From the NCBI RefSeq assembly GCF_009914755.1, contig NC_060940.1: a stretch of DNA of 64,000 bases, one strand, 5' to 3'. The stretch comes from the human T2T-CHM13v2.0 reference genome, Homo sapiens. The translations under genes and the position numbers were made by a program. Positions 55,760 through 64,000 of this stretch are shown one piece after another. Positions within the stretch are counted from its first letter, which is position 1, and each line of letters begins with the position of its first letter. The notes under the pieces are model-generated. The model saw only the letters and a list, made by a program, of their open reading frames with translations. It did no database searches and was not told where the DNA came from.

Positions 55760-57250
55760 TGCCAGGTTTATAATAAGCTAGAGCTTCCCCGGCACGCCGT
55801 TCACGCGCTCTCCTCTCTAACGACATAAACAAGGGAGGAGGCTGCATTCTTCCCACTGCACAATGAAGCCTCCGGCCGAAGCGGCAGGAAGAGCGCAGCC
55901 CCGTCCCGGACGGCTCCAGCCGGGGGTCGGGGGCAGAGAGCGGAGGCCGAGGCCCGCCGAGCGGCGCGGTGCGGCCCGGGCCTCCGGGCGCCGCGGGGAG
56001 GAGGGGGAGGGAGGGCAGGGCCCCGGCAGCTGCCCGCACTCAGCTGACCTCCGCCATGTTGGCCGCACACCCCGGGACCCTCCACAACAAAGGCCGGCAC
56101 GAGGGCGCGGGGCGCGCCGGGCGCCACCCCCGGCCGGGCCCGCCTCCCGGGCGCGCGGGGGCCGGGCCGCCGCCGAGGCCCTTCCCCCGCCCTCGGCCCG
56201 GCCGCGCGGGGCCGACCCCCGCCGCCACCCCGCCGGGCCCGGGGCTCCAGGGGCGGGGGCGAGCCGGCTTGCGAAGGCTGAAGGCAGGGGAGGGGCGGGG
56301 GGCGGCGCTCGACCGGGCGGCCCGACTCCGGCCGAGACAAAGGCGCCGCCGCGCCGACTACTGCCCGCGCCCCGGCCGGGCCGCCCTTCCCGCCCTCCGC
56401 CATTACCGGGCCTGGGCGCCCGCCTGTCGGAGAGCCCCTCGCCGCCGGCTCCTCCCTCAGGCCGGGCCCCACTTACCTGTGGGCGGAGAGCGCGCCTCGG
56501 ACCCCGGTCCTGGCACCAACGCGCTCCGTCGCCAACCCCCGCCACCGCGGGCAGCGCCACCGCCTCTTCCCGGCGCCGAGACCGACGGGACACCCTGGGC
56601 CGCCGCCGCCTCTCGAGAGCGCGCCCCGCAACGGCCGCCCCGGCTCCCCCCTGGCCGCCGCCGCCGCCGCCGTTTCGCGCGTCCTCGAGCCCGCCGCGCG
56701 CCCCCGCTAAATACCACACACTGCGGCGGCGGCCATGAGGAGGCGCGGCCCCGCGCGCTGGGAGCCTGGGGGGGCGGGGCTTTCGCGGGCGCGCAGGCGC
56801 ACAGGCGTTGGCGCGGCCGGCGGCGGCCTCCGCGGGCGTAGCTGTGCGGGTCTCCAAAGGCGGCAGTAGGTGCGGGGGCTACTCGGCTACCGTTGCTGCG
56901 CCCGTGCACCGCGCATTCAACGGATCCTGGCACGTGGCGCTCTGGCCCGCGAGAAGCTAGCGCTTGCCCGTCGGCTCAGGGCAGCTCCTCCCGCGGCGCT
57001 TTGTTCCGGGGCCGCGTGACCCCCCCGGCTCCGGCCGGAGGGGTCGCCCAGCGGGATGCGAGCCCCAGGCTGGCCGCCGCCGCGGCCTTGTGCCCTCCCC
57101 CTTGTTTTGTCTGCTGATTTAGCCCAGCGCCTCCACGGATCCTTCCCAACTCCACTCAGTCCCAAAGAAAAAGCGGCTGCCCTGCCCGCCGACCGGGACC
57201 CCACCCCTAAAGAGAGTCCCAGCCTCTCCCGAGGTTGAGCCGCTCCTCAG
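55760..57250. promoter_or_regulatory. Main SIAH1 CpG-island promoter
   Basis: ~1.5 kb of very high GC and CpG. GC box 56771-56780; E2F-type TTTCGCGC 56673-56680 and TTTCGCGG 56781-56788; NRF1-like GCGCAGGCGCA 56791-56801; E-box CACGTG 56931-56936; YY1-type CCGCCATGTT 56051-56060. Confidence 0.92.
56477..56685 (-). other. SIAH1: SIACAG-type non-coding first exon of SIAH1 (5'UTR exon 1)
   Basis: Perfect donor CAG|GTAAGT (acttac at 56471-56476) inside the CpG island. The 5' end is estimated from a TATTTAG element at 56706-56712. Confidence 0.8.
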
Positions 57251-57496
57251 CAACAGCGGGACGAGCTTCAAAAGCTTGTTTCAGCTGAAAAGTGGGTAAT
57301 GGGGAAGCACGCGTTTTCCTGTGTCCATGCTCATCTGGAAAGTCCCTAATTAGGGACTCTGCATTCCACTTCTTGAAATAATAAAAGGAAAACATCACTT
57401 GCAATTCTTTGATGGGTGCTATGAGCAGAAGCAAGCATCTGAGACATTTACAAGCCCTAACTGGAATTCCATGTAAGATCTATTAAAATGGTATTC

Positions 57497-63912
<6,416 letters not shown>

Positions 63913-64000
63913 GACACAAAACAAAGTGTAAATCCTCAGTCAATGTAGAGTGAAAGAGAGGTGAGGGGCAGCTGCGGACAGCACCCTTCCAAATGTCACC

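Noticed and set aside
55752-57238. Several long overlapping ORFs (up to 346 aa) on both strands
   Set aside because: They are low-complexity Arg/Gly/Pro/Ala frames arising from stop-codon depletion in a CpG island, with no domain signature.

Overview
Human (hominid) genomic DNA, recognisable as the LONP2/SIAH1 locus (16q12.1). The + strand carries the last four coding exons of LONP2 (peroxisomal Lon protease; 5475-5617, 18766-18973, 19359-19549, 22840-23061), which splice in frame to give the Ser-Lys dyad protease domain and a C-terminal SKL peroxisomal signal. The - strand carries the convergent SIAH1 gene (RING E3 ligase): an intronless 282-aa CDS at 32838-33686, an alternative coding first exon ending at 36646, and a main non-coding first exon in a CpG-island promoter at ~55760-57250. 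The rest is repeat-rich: about 50 Alus, a solo LTR7 (HERV-H), MaLR LTRs, old L1/L2/HAL1/MIR, MER DNA transposons and a UBA52 processed pseudogene. I found no convincing new gene or novel multi-gene system. The observations these features do not explain are: an ~860-bp inverted repeat that includes non-Alu flank (29728-30589); an orphan HERV-K gag fragment between 7-bp direct repeats (25942-26234); a retrocopy inserted ~10 nt from a LONP2 splice donor; an overlapping uORF in the SIAH1 alternative exon; and probable sense-antisense overlap of the two 3' ends. Repeat family names come from remembered consensus sequences and their boundaries are approximate.
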